A stretch of 64,000 bases of DNA from a virus (IMGVR_UViG_3300031996_000005:552-64551), one strand, 5' to 3'; counted from the first letter of the stretch, positions 25,201-34,414 are shown. Program-made: numbers and translations. Notes: generated by a model from the sequence alone, not told the origin.

Positions 25201-27324
25201 GCCCGACTCGAAAACAGGGCATTGACCCCTGATGAACAGCTCAAGGTACTGTCCCGGATCTGGGGTAATGACCGGAGCGGATACTGCTTCCTGCCCTGGA
25301 TCGACGGTTCTGCGCGTGATTCTTCCGCGCGCCGTAAAAACTATCACGAGGGGCGCGCTTACAAATGGCCCCGAGAGAAGGAAGCCATTCTTGACCATCT
25401 CCGCAGCCATGAGAGTGACGACCTGTACTTTGCGCCTTCACTGTTCAACGGAAAGCGGCGCATCGCAGAACAAGCGGCCCCTGAGCGTGCACTATGGGCT
25501 GACCTCGATCCTGTCAACCCACGGGGTCTCGGTGCTCGTCGTCCGACAATCGCTTGGGAAAGCTCACCCGGACGTTATCAAGGCATTTGGCTACTCCCGA
25601 CCGAACGTCCGGGGGCTAGTGGGCCAGGTAAAGAGAACCATCGGCTTACCGTTGAGGTCGGTGCGGACCCTTCGGGATGGGATACGACCCAGCTTTTACG
25701 CGTCCCGGGTCGACTGAATCACAAGCCCTCCTATCGCGATGAGAATGGCGGAGATCCCACACCGGGAAAGCTGCTGTGGATGGATGGTCCCCGCTATACC
25801 TGGGGCGATTTCGACGATCTTCCCGATATTGGCCAGGCCGCTGTAGAGGACATAGATTTCCTTGATGAGGGGCTCCTTTCGCGGGTCGATCGCCACGCGG
25901 TGTGGGGTCGTGTTCGTTTACGTGTCTCTCGGCCAGTTCGTGAATACATGGGCGCTCGGTCTGCTGACGGCGCTGATCGTTCTGATGTGCTATGGCAAAT
26001 TGAGCGTGACCTAGCCGATGCCGGCTGCTCCATTGTGGAAATCGTCGCCATTGTTCGGCCGACGGTCTGGAACAAGTTTGCCGGGCGCAATGATGAGCTC
26101 AAGCGGCTGAAGTCTGAGGCCGCCAAGGCGGTCGCCCAGGTCGTGGCCAACGGCGGCGACGCCGAGGGTGTGCTCGAAGGCGTCGAGGAGGCCCAGAAGC
26201 CCAACATCCAGTGGCTGTCGGACGTCATCGCCCAGGGCATCCCGCGGCCGAAGTGGCTCGTGCGGGGCATCTGGGCCAAGGGCACGTGTGGCTTCATCTC
26301 TGGCGCGCCGAAGAGCTACAAGTCATGGTTCGGTCTGGACCTCGCCCTCACTATCGCTACCGGAAAGAGCTTCCTCGATGACCCTCAGCACTCCATGGTC
26401 GGCGGACCGAAACCGGTTCTCATGTTGCTTGAGGAGGATGACAAGAGGCTGGTACTTGCGCGTCTGGCGCAGATCCTCGAAGCCAAGGACCCCGACAACT
26501 TCTGGCATGGACAGCTATCGGTCGGTGCCGATGGACAGGTCACGTGGCATGGACCCACCAAGTCTCTCCCCCTCGCCCTGCACGTCGGACACGGCTTCAT
26601 TGCCTCTGACGAGGGGTGGCAGGCCTGGCTCGATGAGGCAATGGCCGAAGGGAACTTCGCCGCCGTTGTGATTGACACGCTGGGCACCACCGCCGGTGAC
26701 ATCGACACCGACCGAGCCGGGGAGGTCATGGGCAAGATGCTGCGCCCGCTGAAGATCCTGTCCCAGAAGCACGACTGCGCGATCATGATCGTGCACCACA
26801 ACAAGAAGGGCGATGGGACGAAGCGGGGGGGCCAGGACATGCTGGGCTCTGTCGCGCTGCACGCGTGGGTCGAGAATGCGATCTACGTGCGGGAAAAGCA
26901 GGTGGACCGCCAGGGAACCACGACCACGTTCGTCGAGCGGGAGTCCAAGCAGGCCCCGGAGTATCAGTTCCGCGTCAAGGTGCCGCGCATGGTGGAGCAC
27001 CCCGATGGCTCCCGAACGCTGTGGGCGCCTGAGGTGCTCTCTGGCTGGGGCCACACCGATGAGGACACCCCGTCACCCCGACCGGAGGCTGCCAAGGGCT
27101 CCACGGAGCGCTCAGCGGCTCCTAGCGGCCGTGTGGCCGGTTCCCAGATCGCCTTTGAACTCAAGCAGATGGGCGGGGACCGGAGATTCCTGCCGGTGGA
27201 CCGGATTGCCACCACCCGGGGCCAGTCGGTCTCTGCCACCCGTCGTCAGCTGGATATCGCCGTGGACAACGAGCTGCTGGAGCGGGACGGGGATAGTTAC
27301 CGGATTTCCCAGGGAGACTCTTGA
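25198..27324 (+). CDS. primase/polymerase (RepB/AEP-like) fused to AAA_25-like helicase
   Basis: LYFAP, WADLD, ESSPGRYQGIW; GAPKSYKS Walker A, IDTL Walker B. Confidence 0.88.
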   Translation: MARLENRALTPDEQLKVLSRIWGNDRSGYCFLPWIDGSARDSSARRKNYHEGRAYKWPREKEAILDHLRSHESDDLYFAPSLFNGKRRIAEQAAPERALWADLDPVNPRGLGARRPTIAWESSPGRYQGIWLLPTERPGASGPGKENHRLTVEVGADPSGWDTTQLLRVPGRLNHKPSYRDENGGDPTPGKLLWMDGPRYTWGDFDDLPDIGQAAVEDIDFLDEGLLSRVDRHAVWGRVRLRVSRPVREYMGARSADGADRSDVLWQIERDLADAGCSIVEIVAIVRPTVWNKFAGRNDELKRLKSEAAKAVAQVVANGGDAEGVLEGVEEAQKPNIQWLSDVIAQGIPRPKWLVRGIWAKGTCGFISGAPKSYKSWFGLDLALTIATGKSFLDDPQHSMVGGPKPVLMLLEEDDKRLVLARLAQILEAKDPDNFWHGQLSVGADGQVTWHGPTKSLPLALHVGHGFIASDEGWQAWLDEAMAEGNFAAVVIDTLGTTAGDIDTDRAGEVMGKMLRPLKILSQKHDCAIMIVHHNKKGDGTKRGGQDMLGSVALHAWVENAIYVREKQVDRQGTTTTFVERESKQAPEYQFRVKVPRMVEHPDGSRTLWAPEVLSGWGHTDEDTPSPRPEAAKGSTERSAAPSGRVAGSQIAFELKQMGGDRRFLPVDRIATTRGQSVSATRRQLDIAVDNELLERDGDSYRISQGDS

Positions 27325-27349
27325 CAAGGTCTCAACCGTTGGGTATCAC
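27321..27349 (+). promoter_or_regulatory. promoter TTGACA-N17-TATCAC
   Basis: overlaps primase stop at the start of a 280-nt non-coding region. Confidence 0.55.
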
Positions 27350-27606
27350 GCGCGCGTCTTCATTAAAGATAGATATGGGGGAGGTAGGATTCGCCACCCG
27401 GGCCCGGCGGCCCCCCAGGGCCGACCGGCGCGCCGTGTCGTGGACGCAATCCTATACCTACCCACCTAATTAGTACAAGGGAAAAATTTTGGGGATAGGT
27501 TCAATCCGCCGGACACGCAGGGATCGGCGCGCAAACGCGCTGGGCCCTAGCGGGCCGCGCGAGCGGCCTCCCCGACGCCCGGCACTGAGGTAGGAGGAGA
27601 AGTGGA

Positions 27607-28056
27607 ATGACCATGGAGCAGCTGATCCTGAGAGCGCTGTCGGTCAAGTGGGAGGTGGCCACCGGCTGGCATATCTGGACGTACGTGGCCGGTGAGCGGG
27701 GATTGCCCCCGGGGAATTATCAGACGCCGGAGTACCGGAGCTTCAAGGAAGCGTTGACGAAGCTGCGGGACAAGGGCCTGATCCGCCAGCAGGAGGCGGA
27801 GGCCCTCGCCCAGGAAAGCCCCCGGCGAAAGCGCGCCAAGTCATATTGGGAGTTGACCGATTTGGGCTGGGAGCATTTGGAGCCCACCCTTCAGATCGCA
27901 GCGGTTCCGCAGACGTCTGAGGAATGGGTCAAGCGGCGGATTACTGCCGAGCAGCCCGCGCCCCGAGAGGTGTGGAAGGAGCTCCTGCGGCGGCAGAAGG
28001 CCGGCGAGCTGGACATTGTGTTCGTGAAGTCGAAGAAGGAGACAGCTGATGGATGA
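27607..28056 (+). CDS. putative winged-helix DNA-binding protein
   Basis: AGGAGG RBS; FKEALTKLRDKGLI...YWELTDLG. Confidence 0.55.
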   Translation: MTMEQLILRALSVKWEVATGWHIWTYVAGERGLPPGNYQTPEYRSFKEALTKLRDKGLIRQQEAEALAQESPRRKRAKSYWELTDLGWEHLEPTLQIAAVPQTSEEWVKRRITAEQPAPREVWKELLRRQKAGELDIVFVKSKKETADG

Positions 28057-28231
28057 CAACGACCTGATGCGGCAGCTGGGGCTGCTGGTGGCGCTGCGAC
28101 GGGCCAATCTCAAGCTGATCCCGCCGGACCGGCAGGGAGCCGCCCTGCTCATGACCGAGATCGATGAGCACCTGGACAAGATGCTGGCTCTGGATATTTT
28201 CTCCCCGGCGGGTACCCCTCGAACGGGCTAG
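28049..28231 (+). CDS. hypothetical protein
   Basis: GGAG RBS, 60 aa. Confidence 0.55.
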   Translation: MDDNDLMRQLGLLVALRRANLKLIPPDRQGAALLMTEIDEHLDKMLALDIFSPAGTPRTG

Positions 28232-28241
28232 GGTTGGCGAC

Positions 28242-28334
28242 ATGGAACAGACCCCCTGCGACGCCGGTGTCCACGTGCTCTGCTGTCATGACTGCACCTG
28301 CACCTGTCACGACGAAACCGAGAAGGTGTCCTGA
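28242..28334 (+). CDS. 30-aa Cys/His-rich micropeptide
   Basis: MEQTPCDAGVHVLCCHDCTCTCHDETEKVS; TAGGGT-N7-ATG; TGATG coupling to next gene. Confidence 0.5.
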   Translation: MEQTPCDAGVHVLCCHDCTCTCHDETEKVS

Positions 28335-28726
28335 TGTACGGCATTGAATTCCAGCTGATCTACGCGCCCGAGTGGTACTGGGTCAAGAATGCCGATGGCT
28401 CCCGGAACGAGTGGGCCAATCGCGAGGACGCCGAGACGGTGGCAGCGTTGTCGCTCAGCGTGGACCCGAAGGTGCGTGATGTTCGGGTGATCGACCTGAT
28501 AGAGCTGGCCCTCTTCGACGGGGTCGAGGCCGCGAGTGATCAGCCGCACGAGTTCACCGGTGAGCGCGGGCAGTATCTGGACGTGCTCAGCCTGCGGCAG
28601 GTCTATGACGCCGTACTGACCGTTATGGAGGCCGCGAGCGTGGACCCCGATCCTGGGTTCGTAGCGCGAAAGGTCTGCTGCGAGCTCGAAAAGCAGCTCG
28701 GGATCTATCCGAATGTGAGGCGCTGA
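28334..28726 (+). CDS. hypothetical protein
   Basis: 130 aa, coupled start. Confidence 0.65.
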   Translation: MYGIEFQLIYAPEWYWVKNADGSRNEWANREDAETVAALSLSVDPKVRDVRVIDLIELALFDGVEAASDQPHEFTGERGQYLDVLSLRQVYDAVLTVMEAASVDPDPGFVARKVCCELEKQLGIYPNVRR

Positions 28727-29042
28727 CCGATGGACAGGTTCCTGATGGTGCCGCTGGTGCCGTGGCGGATCACGACGGTGGTTGTGTGGGCCTTTGCGTC
28801 CGCGGCGCTGCTGTCCGTGCAGGAGATCGAGGACACGCTCAAGGATGTGGTGCGGACGTGATTGCGGGAAATGTTCGGTTGCAAATCTTGCTCATTGAGG
28901 GGCACCGGGTGGTCACGGAGTGCTCCCGGCAGGAGGCTGAAGAGTTTCTCGATTCCTTCAGTGACTATTCCGCCAGCGCGCTGACGGTGCCGAACATGCG
29001 AATCACCGTTTCGCTTACGCACATCATCATGGTGACTCTGGA

Positions 29043-29348
29043 GTGACTGAGGTATCCGAACGGCCGACGGTGATCATTACGCCGGCGCAGCGGAAGGTGC
29101 TCGATGAGCTGCTGCGGACCGGGGGAGGTGATCGGCAGATCGGCCAGGCGCTGTATCTGACCGAGAACACGGTCAAAACGCACATGCGGGAACTGATGCA
29201 GCGGACGGGTTCGCGGACGCGCACGGAGCTGGCCGTGCGGGTGATGCGAAATCAGTTCATCATCGGCGTTGCCCGCCAGCACAAGCCTCCGGTAAGGCGG
29301 CAGAAAATGATAGATGAAGCTTCAACTGATTTGACAGAGGTTGACTGA
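29043..29348 (+). CDS. LuxR/GerE-type HTH protein
   Basis: TPAQRKVL...QIGQALYLTENTVKTHM...RTELA. Confidence 0.85.
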   Translation: MTEVSERPTVIITPAQRKVLDELLRTGGGDRQIGQALYLTENTVKTHMRELMQRTGSRTRTELAVRVMRNQFIIGVARQHKPPVRRQKMIDEASTDLTEVD

Positions 29349-29566
29349 TGACTGTTAACAGTGTTGAGCCGTTGCTGCTGACCTGGAATCAGCTCGCTGT
29401 ACTGCGGTTTTTGCGGTTGGTGGGGGAGGCCAGGACGGTGGAGGAGATCGCCTTCGACGCGATGGTCTCGCTGCTGGCTCCGGCCGTGCGTCAGGCGTTG
29501 GTCGTGCTCGCCGGCTACGGCCTGGTGGAAAAGAAGGGTGAGACGACGTGGGGAATCAAGGCTTGA
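29348..29566 (+). CDS. small HTH-like hypothetical protein
   Basis: TGATG overlap; LTWNQLAVL...L..YGLVEK. Confidence 0.5.
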   Translation: MTVNSVEPLLLTWNQLAVLRFLRLVGEARTVEEIAFDAMVSLLAPAVRQALVVLAGYGLVEKKGETTWGIKA

Positions 29567-30762
29567 TTGCAGGGAATGCGATCGTGGGTGTTGTGGCCTA
29601 CGAAGACGATCAGGCCACCGTGTGGCACGGTGATTGCCTGGACAATCTTCGCGAGATGCCCGACAGCTCCGTCGACGCCATCGTCACCGATCCGCCCTAC
29701 GGTCTCGGCTTCATGGGCAAGGCGTGGGACGACCTTCCGCCCGGCCTCCCGTGGGCGCAGGAGTGCCTCCGCGTCCTCAAGCCCGGCGGGCACCTCCTCG
29801 CTTTCGGCGGAACGCGCACCTGGCACCGCCTCGCCGTGGCCGTTGAGGATGCGGGGTTTGAGGTCCGGGACTCCATCGCCTGGCTGTACGGGTCGGGATT
29901 CCCTAAGTCGATGGACGTGTCGAAGGCCATTGACAAGGCCGGGCACCTCTCGGCCCAGTGGGCCGGCTGGGGCACCGCCCTCAAGCCAGCCTTCGAGCCC
30001 ATCGTCGTCGCCCGCAAGCCGCTCGTCGGCACCGTTGCCGCGAACGTCCTGGCGCACGGCACGGGGGCGCTGAACATCGACGGGACGCGGGTGCCTCACG
30101 GCGAGGATGTGGACCTTGAAGCGCGACAGCGTCAGCAGGTCGGTGAGGACAACGGCTGGCGGCTGGCGAAGACGATGACCGGCACCGACATTCCTACCTA
30201 CAAGCCGGGAGGCCGCTGGCCCGCCAACGTCCTCCTCGACGGCGACGCGGCGGCCGAGCTGGACGCGCAGAGCGGGGACCGCCCCGGGATGCGTTCGCAG
30301 AACCTCCACACGACCAAGCCCAAGTTCGAGGGTGGCGTCAACCTGTCGGGGTCCATGACGCAACAGACCGGCCGCGTGGAGGGTTACAACGACCAGGGCG
30401 GCGCCTCCCGCTTCTTCCCCACCTTCCGCTACCAGGCGAAGGCCCCCACGAGGGAGCGGCCGTCCTACATCACCGACGACGGCTCCAAGGTGGCTCACCC
30501 CACCGTGAAGCCCCTCGCCCTCATGCGTTGGTTGGTCCGCCTGGTCACCCCGCCGGGTGGTCTCGTCCTGGACCCGTTCGCGGGCAGCGGGACGACGGTT
30601 GAGGCGGCGATCCTCGAAGGCTTCCGGGTCATCGGCATCGAGCGAGAGGCGGACTATTTGCCGTTGATCGAGGCCCGCATCGCGCGGAACCGGATCACGG
30701 CCGAGGGGCTACCCGCAGTGGCCGACGCGCTAGCTCTGTTCGACTTTGAGGAGCCGGCGTGA
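29563..30762 (+). CDS. DNA methyltransferase (N6-A/N4-C, beta class)
   Basis: GDCL, DPPY, HPTVKP, DPFAGSGTT in beta order; start uncertain (TTG 29563). Confidence 0.9.
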   Translation: MIAGNAIVGVVAYEDDQATVWHGDCLDNLREMPDSSVDAIVTDPPYGLGFMGKAWDDLPPGLPWAQECLRVLKPGGHLLAFGGTRTWHRLAVAVEDAGFEVRDSIAWLYGSGFPKSMDVSKAIDKAGHLSAQWAGWGTALKPAFEPIVVARKPLVGTVAANVLAHGTGALNIDGTRVPHGEDVDLEARQRQQVGEDNGWRLAKTMTGTDIPTYKPGGRWPANVLLDGDAAAELDAQSGDRPGMRSQNLHTTKPKFEGGVNLSGSMTQQTGRVEGYNDQGGASRFFPTFRYQAKAPTRERPSYITDDGSKVAHPTVKPLALMRWLVRLVTPPGGLVLDPFAGSGTTVEAAILEGFRVIGIEREADYLPLIEARIARNRITAEGLPAVADALALFDFEEPA

Positions 30763-30812
30763 CGATGCGCTGCTGACTCCATGGCCGCGCCGACCAGTGA
30801 GCCCTGAACCCC

Positions 30813-30848
30813 TTGTGTCGTGTCAAGACACCGGCTAGGTTCCTTCAC
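30813..30848 (+). promoter_or_regulatory. leaderless promoter with palindromic operator GTGTCAAGACAC
   Basis: TTGTGT-N17-TAGGTT-N7-ATG(30849); palindrome 30820-30831. Confidence 0.7.
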
Positions 30849-31073
30849 ATGACGACGAACCACGGAGCCCGCGCGGACGACCAGTACAACGCGCTGGTGA
30901 AGCATCTCCACGACGCCGAGGAAGTGGCGGGCATGCTGCTCGCCCAGTCGTTCCGGAGCGACGCCCCGTACCCCGACACGGCTCGGGAGATGGCTGAGAA
31001 CTACGCCCTTGAGGCCAACGAGGTGCGGGCCAAGATGAAGGCGTGGCGACTGGCGAACGGGTGGGAGAGGTGA
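30849..31073 (+). CDS. hypothetical protein
   Basis: leaderless start ATG 30849. Confidence 0.6.
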   Translation: MTTNHGARADDQYNALVKHLHDAEEVAGMLLAQSFRSDAPYPDTAREMAENYALEANEVRAKMKAWRLANGWER

Positions 31074-31249
31074 TCCTCCGCTTCGACGTGGCGGTGGGGT
31101 TCCTGCTCGGGTGCCTCTACATCGCCCTCACGATGAATGCCATGGGCGCAGCACCACCGCCTGGGTTCCATACCCGCCATGTCGAGCCCACATCTAGTTG
31201 CGTGTTCAACCAGTCCACGCCGTGCCCTGACCCCAGATAGGTTCCCTAT

Positions 31250-31399
31250 ATGCCCGACCCCAACCACACGCCTCAACGGTCCATCCGGGTCAGCGCGGAG
31301 TTGTGGCTTGCTGCCCAGGTGAAGGCAGCTGAGCGCGATGAGACCGTGACCGATGTGCTCATCCGAGCACTCAAGCGATATGTGAGGAACAAATCGTGA
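31250..31399 (+). CDS. ribbon-helix-helix DNA-binding protein (49 aa, not in ORF track)
   Basis: MPDPNHTPQRSIRVSAELWLAAQVKAAERDETVTDVLIRALKRYVRNKS; TAGGTT-N6-ATG. Confidence 0.8.
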   Translation: MPDPNHTPQRSIRVSAELWLAAQVKAAERDETVTDVLIRALKRYVRNKS

Positions 31400-31647
31400 G
31401 CAAAAAATGGGTCTCCACCCTGAAGCTGGATGACATCTTCCATTCGGAGGCCATCGGCTTCGGGAACAAGCGGGACATCATCGTCAAGAGGATCCGCGAG
31501 GCCGTGTGGTTCAACGTTGATGACGCCGAGTTGGGGGAGATCGTCGACGAGCTCTACGACGCTCTCGACGAGGAAGATTTTGACCTCGCATGGAACCAGT
31601 TCTATGACTGGGCCGACCACAACCGGGTCTGGGTGGTGACGAGCTGA
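31396..31647 (+). CDS. hypothetical acidic protein
   Basis: GTGA overlap; C-terminal YDWADHNRVWV. Confidence 0.65.
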   Translation: MSKKWVSTLKLDDIFHSEAIGFGNKRDIIVKRIREAVWFNVDDAELGEIVDELYDALDEEDFDLAWNQFYDWADHNRVWVVTS

Positions 31648-32078
31648 TGGTTGACATCGAGAGGCTCGACCACCTGCTGGCCTGGGCGACCGAGGAGGAA
31701 GCGAAGAAGCGACGTGGCGAGCCCTCGCAGTGGGACCAGGGCGTCTACTACCTAGAGCGCGACCCCTCGTGTGGGACGGTGTGCTGCATCTCCGGCAAGG
31801 TGGTCCTTGAGGACGGCGTGCCGATTCAGTGGAGTGTGCCGACTGACTGGTTCCTCTGGCCCGTGGACGAAGGGACCGAGGTGGGCTGGACTCCTTACGG
31901 AACTCCCGCGGACTACGCGCAAGAGGCGCTCGGGCTGTCGTTCGAACAGGCGGGTGCCCTGTTCGATGGAGCTAACACCCTGGAGATGCTGCGCGGGGTC
32001 GTGGCCGGCATCAAGCAGGGCTTGGATGACTATCTGATCTGGTCGCTGCACGACGAGCTGAAGGCAGCTGCCTCGTGA
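31647..32078 (+). CDS. hypothetical protein
   Basis: TGATG overlap; WDQG..CGTVCCISG. Confidence 0.65.
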   Translation: MVDIERLDHLLAWATEEEAKKRRGEPSQWDQGVYYLERDPSCGTVCCISGKVVLEDGVPIQWSVPTDWFLWPVDEGTEVGWTPYGTPADYAQEALGLSFEQAGALFDGANTLEMLRGVVAGIKQGLDDYLIWSLHDELKAAAS

Positions 32079-32195
32079 GGCGGCGGGATGAGTGGATCAT
32101 CGGGCTCATCATGCTCATGATCTTTCCCGCGGTTATAGTCCTTGTGCTCTGGCTCGCTCCCCGGTGGCCGTTGTGGTAAGTCGCGCATAGACCTG

Positions 32196-32232
32196 TTGAC
32201 GCCGTGTCTTGACACCGGTTAGGTTCCCTCGC
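32196..32232 (+). promoter_or_regulatory. leaderless promoter with palindromic operator GTGTCTTGACAC
   Basis: TTGACG-N18-TAGGTT-N7-ATG(32233); palindrome 32204-32215. Confidence 0.7.
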
Positions 32233-32583
32233 ATGACGACGACAGGGGACACCATGGACGAGCTGATCCAGTTCCTGCTTGCGCGGATCGCTGACGAGGA
32301 GGAGCTGGCGGCGCTCATTACAGCAGACACGGAGACCTTCAACAGCGAGCCGCGATGCCTCTACGAGATCCGCCGTAAAGACGGCAACATCACGACCATA
32401 ACGCGCTACACCGTCTACGACGCACAGAAGCAGCTGCGCGAGTGTGACGCCAAGCTGCAGATGATCAACGCCATCCTGGACCAGCCCATGAGCCGGGTGC
32501 GGCCTGAAGATCTCTATTTCCTCCGGCTGCTGGCCTTCCCGTACACCGACCACCCGGACTACCACGAGGAGTGGAAGCCATGA
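32233..32583 (+). CDS. DUF6221-like protein, copy 1
   Basis: FLLARIA...LRLLA.PY.DHPDY.EEW.P. Confidence 0.7.
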   Translation: MTTTGDTMDELIQFLLARIADEEELAALITADTETFNSEPRCLYEIRRKDGNITTITRYTVYDAQKQLRECDAKLQMINAILDQPMSRVRPEDLYFLRLLAFPYTDHPDYHEEWKP

Positions 32584-32882
32584 CCGCCATCAACCAGCCC
32601 GTAACCAGTCCCTACCGCAAGGCGCTGGACCGCTGGGCCGCCAAGTACGTCCCCGCCGGCGCCCAGGTGGTCAGCGTGGCGACCGCCTACGATGACGGCT
32701 GGGAGAAGGTCAACAGCCTCGTGTCCGTGTTCGCGGGCCGGCCAGAGAGCATTGACATCATCATCTCGTACCGCCACCCCATCTACCCAGCTGAACTGCT
32801 CTACTCCGAGCTCTCGATGGAGAAGCTGGTAGGCGTCGGCGAGCTGCTGACCGAACTGTTCGCAATCGAGGAGACCTCATGA
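32571..32882 (+). CDS. hypothetical protein
   Basis: coupled ORF, likely start ATG 32580. Confidence 0.55.
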   Translation: MEAMTAINQPVTSPYRKALDRWAAKYVPAGAQVVSVATAYDDGWEKVNSLVSVFAGRPESIDIIISYRHPIYPAELLYSELSMEKLVGVGELLTELFAIEETS

Positions 32883-33085
32883 TGATGAAGGCGTACCTGT
32901 ACGACTCCAACGGTCGCAAGGTGGGAACAGCAACGGTCGGGGAGACGATCCTCGATACCCCCCCGGACCTCACATACGTTGAGTACGTCAGCGAGGACGG
33001 GCAGCGGTATCGCGCTCCCGTCGCCGGGGATGTGGTCCTACTCGATGAGTCGGAGCTGCTCGCAATCGACGAGACCTCATGATGA
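32860..33085 (+). repeat. 26-bp direct repeat (1 mismatch) flanking one small gene
   Basis: TCGCAATCGA(G/C)GAGACCTCATGATGA at 32860 and 33060. Confidence 0.85.
32879..33082 (+). CDS. hypothetical protein
   Basis: lies between the two direct repeats. Confidence 0.6.
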   Translation: MMMKAYLYDSNGRKVGTATVGETILDTPPDLTYVEYVSEDGQRYRAPVAGDVVLLDESELLAIDETS

Positions 33086-33417
33086 CAAAGACGCTGGCCG
33101 ACTTCCTGCTAGCTCGTATCGCAGAGGACAAGGCGGATGCCATCGAGCTGCTGCGACAGCATGAACGCTGGGAGCGCGAGCAGGATCAGAACGGCGCCGA
33201 CGGGAGTCAGGGAAGCATCGTTGTATCCCTCCTTGCCGGCGGACCCTCCGACCCCGCCCGCATCCTCGCCGAGGTCGAGAGCAAGCGGAAGGTGCTGCAC
33301 CTCGTGTGGGCCCTCTTGCAAATGCGCGTGGAAACCGCTGTAGCGGACCAACTCCTACGCCTGCTTGCCCTGCCTTACGTCGAGCATCCTGACTACCGCG
33401 AGGAGTGGAGACCGTGA
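33079..33417 (+). CDS. DUF6221-like protein, copy 2
   Basis: FLLARIAED...LRLLALPYVEHPDYREEWRP. Confidence 0.7.
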   Translation: MMTKTLADFLLARIAEDKADAIELLRQHERWEREQDQNGADGSQGSIVVSLLAGGPSDPARILAEVESKRKVLHLVWALLQMRVETAVADQLLRLLALPYVEHPDYREEWRP

Positions 33418-33740
33418 AGGACCTGGCTGACTTCCTGTTAGCGCGGATCGCGGAAAAAGAGGAGGTGGCGCGCCGAGCCCAGGAGCAATCGGACGGTGAC
33501 CTATGGGTCGTCACCGGTTCCGACAACGCTGTGGGCGTCGATTACCACCCCGACCTCATCCTCGCCGAGTGCAAGGCCGAACGAGAGATCATCCGCGCAG
33601 CACTGCACGGGTTCCTGGTTGAGCAGATTGCGCCCGGGTCGGGGATCGAGGGATACACCGTGGCCCTGCGCGAGGTGCTGGAGATCTTCGCTGCTGTTCA
33701 CCGGAATCACCCCGATTACCCCGAGGAGCTACAACCATGA
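33405..33740 (+). CDS. DUF6221-like protein, copy 3
   Basis: FLLARIAEKE...ILAECKA...HPDYPEELQP; likely start GTG 33414. Confidence 0.65.
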   Translation: METVKDLADFLLARIAEKEEVARRAQEQSDGDLWVVTGSDNAVGVDYHPDLILAECKAEREIIRAALHGFLVEQIAPGSGIEGYTVALREVLEIFAAVHRNHPDYPEELQP

Positions 33741-33928
33741 TCGATTTCATCCGGGCCCTTCTGTGGATGCCTCCCCGCCCCCGTAGGCGCACCTCGTATC
33801 CCACCGCCGAGGAGCGGTACGCCGAGATGGCCTACTCCTCCCTCGCCATCCCGGTGCACGTGCCCGCGCACATCGCGCGCAAGGGCATTGCCGACATCGA
33901 GCGTTTCCTGGCTAACCAGGAGAAATGA
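33737..33928 (+). CDS. hypothetical protein
   Basis: ATGA overlap, GGAG RBS. Confidence 0.55.
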   Translation: MIDFIRALLWMPPRPRRRTSYPTAEERYAEMAYSSLAIPVHVPAHIARKGIADIERFLANQEK

Positions 33929-33941
33929 GACGCTGGAGAAC

Positions 33942-34160
33942 ATGAACTACTACCCCGAGCAGCTCCGCCGCATCGCCGCCATGTGTGAGGCCCTCAACAA
34001 GGGGGACGGCCTGGAGACCGAGGGCGAGGGTGCCGAGCTGGCCTCCCGCATCAAGGTCGTCTACCCCGCGAGCAACCCGGAGGAAGTCCTCGGCTACCTC
34101 GTGGACGAGATCGGCGGGGCCTGGTCGTTCCAGCCGGTCACAGACGGGGCGACGTCATGA
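33942..34160 (+). CDS. hypothetical protein
   Basis: GGAG RBS before ATG 33942. Confidence 0.55.
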   Translation: MNYYPEQLRRIAAMCEALNKGDGLETEGEGAELASRIKVVYPASNPEEVLGYLVDEIGGAWSFQPVTDGATS

Positions 34161-34414
34161 GCGCACCACTACCACCCGGGCACACCCGTCGGCCGGCCGA
34201 GGCCGCTCGGGCCGCGGAGTTTGATGCCGCCCCGGAGCCGCCGGAGATCCGCGGGGAGCAGGTGGCGCGGGCGATCTGCGAGGCCGACTTCGACGTGGAC
34301 GGCTGCCGGTGGTCGTGGGATGACGCCGACTGGCCCGCCCGCGAGGACTACCGGCGCATGGCTCGTGCCGCCATCGCCGCCCTGGATGCCCCCGATGAGG
34401 AGGCCAACCGATGA
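34157..34414 (+). CDS. hypothetical protein
   Basis: ATGA overlap; VARAICEAD...DYRRMARAAIAAL. Confidence 0.55.
   Translation: MSAPLPPGHTRRPAEAARAAEFDAAPEPPEIRGEQVARAICEADFDVDGCRWSWDDADWPAREDYRRMARAAIAALDAPDEEANR

Noticed and set aside
27325-27606. tRNA in intergenic regions (also 11610-11970 and 39560-39700)
   Set aside because: No cloverleaf with a TTC T-loop and D-loop consensus found by eye; tRNAscan-SE/ARAGORN not run.
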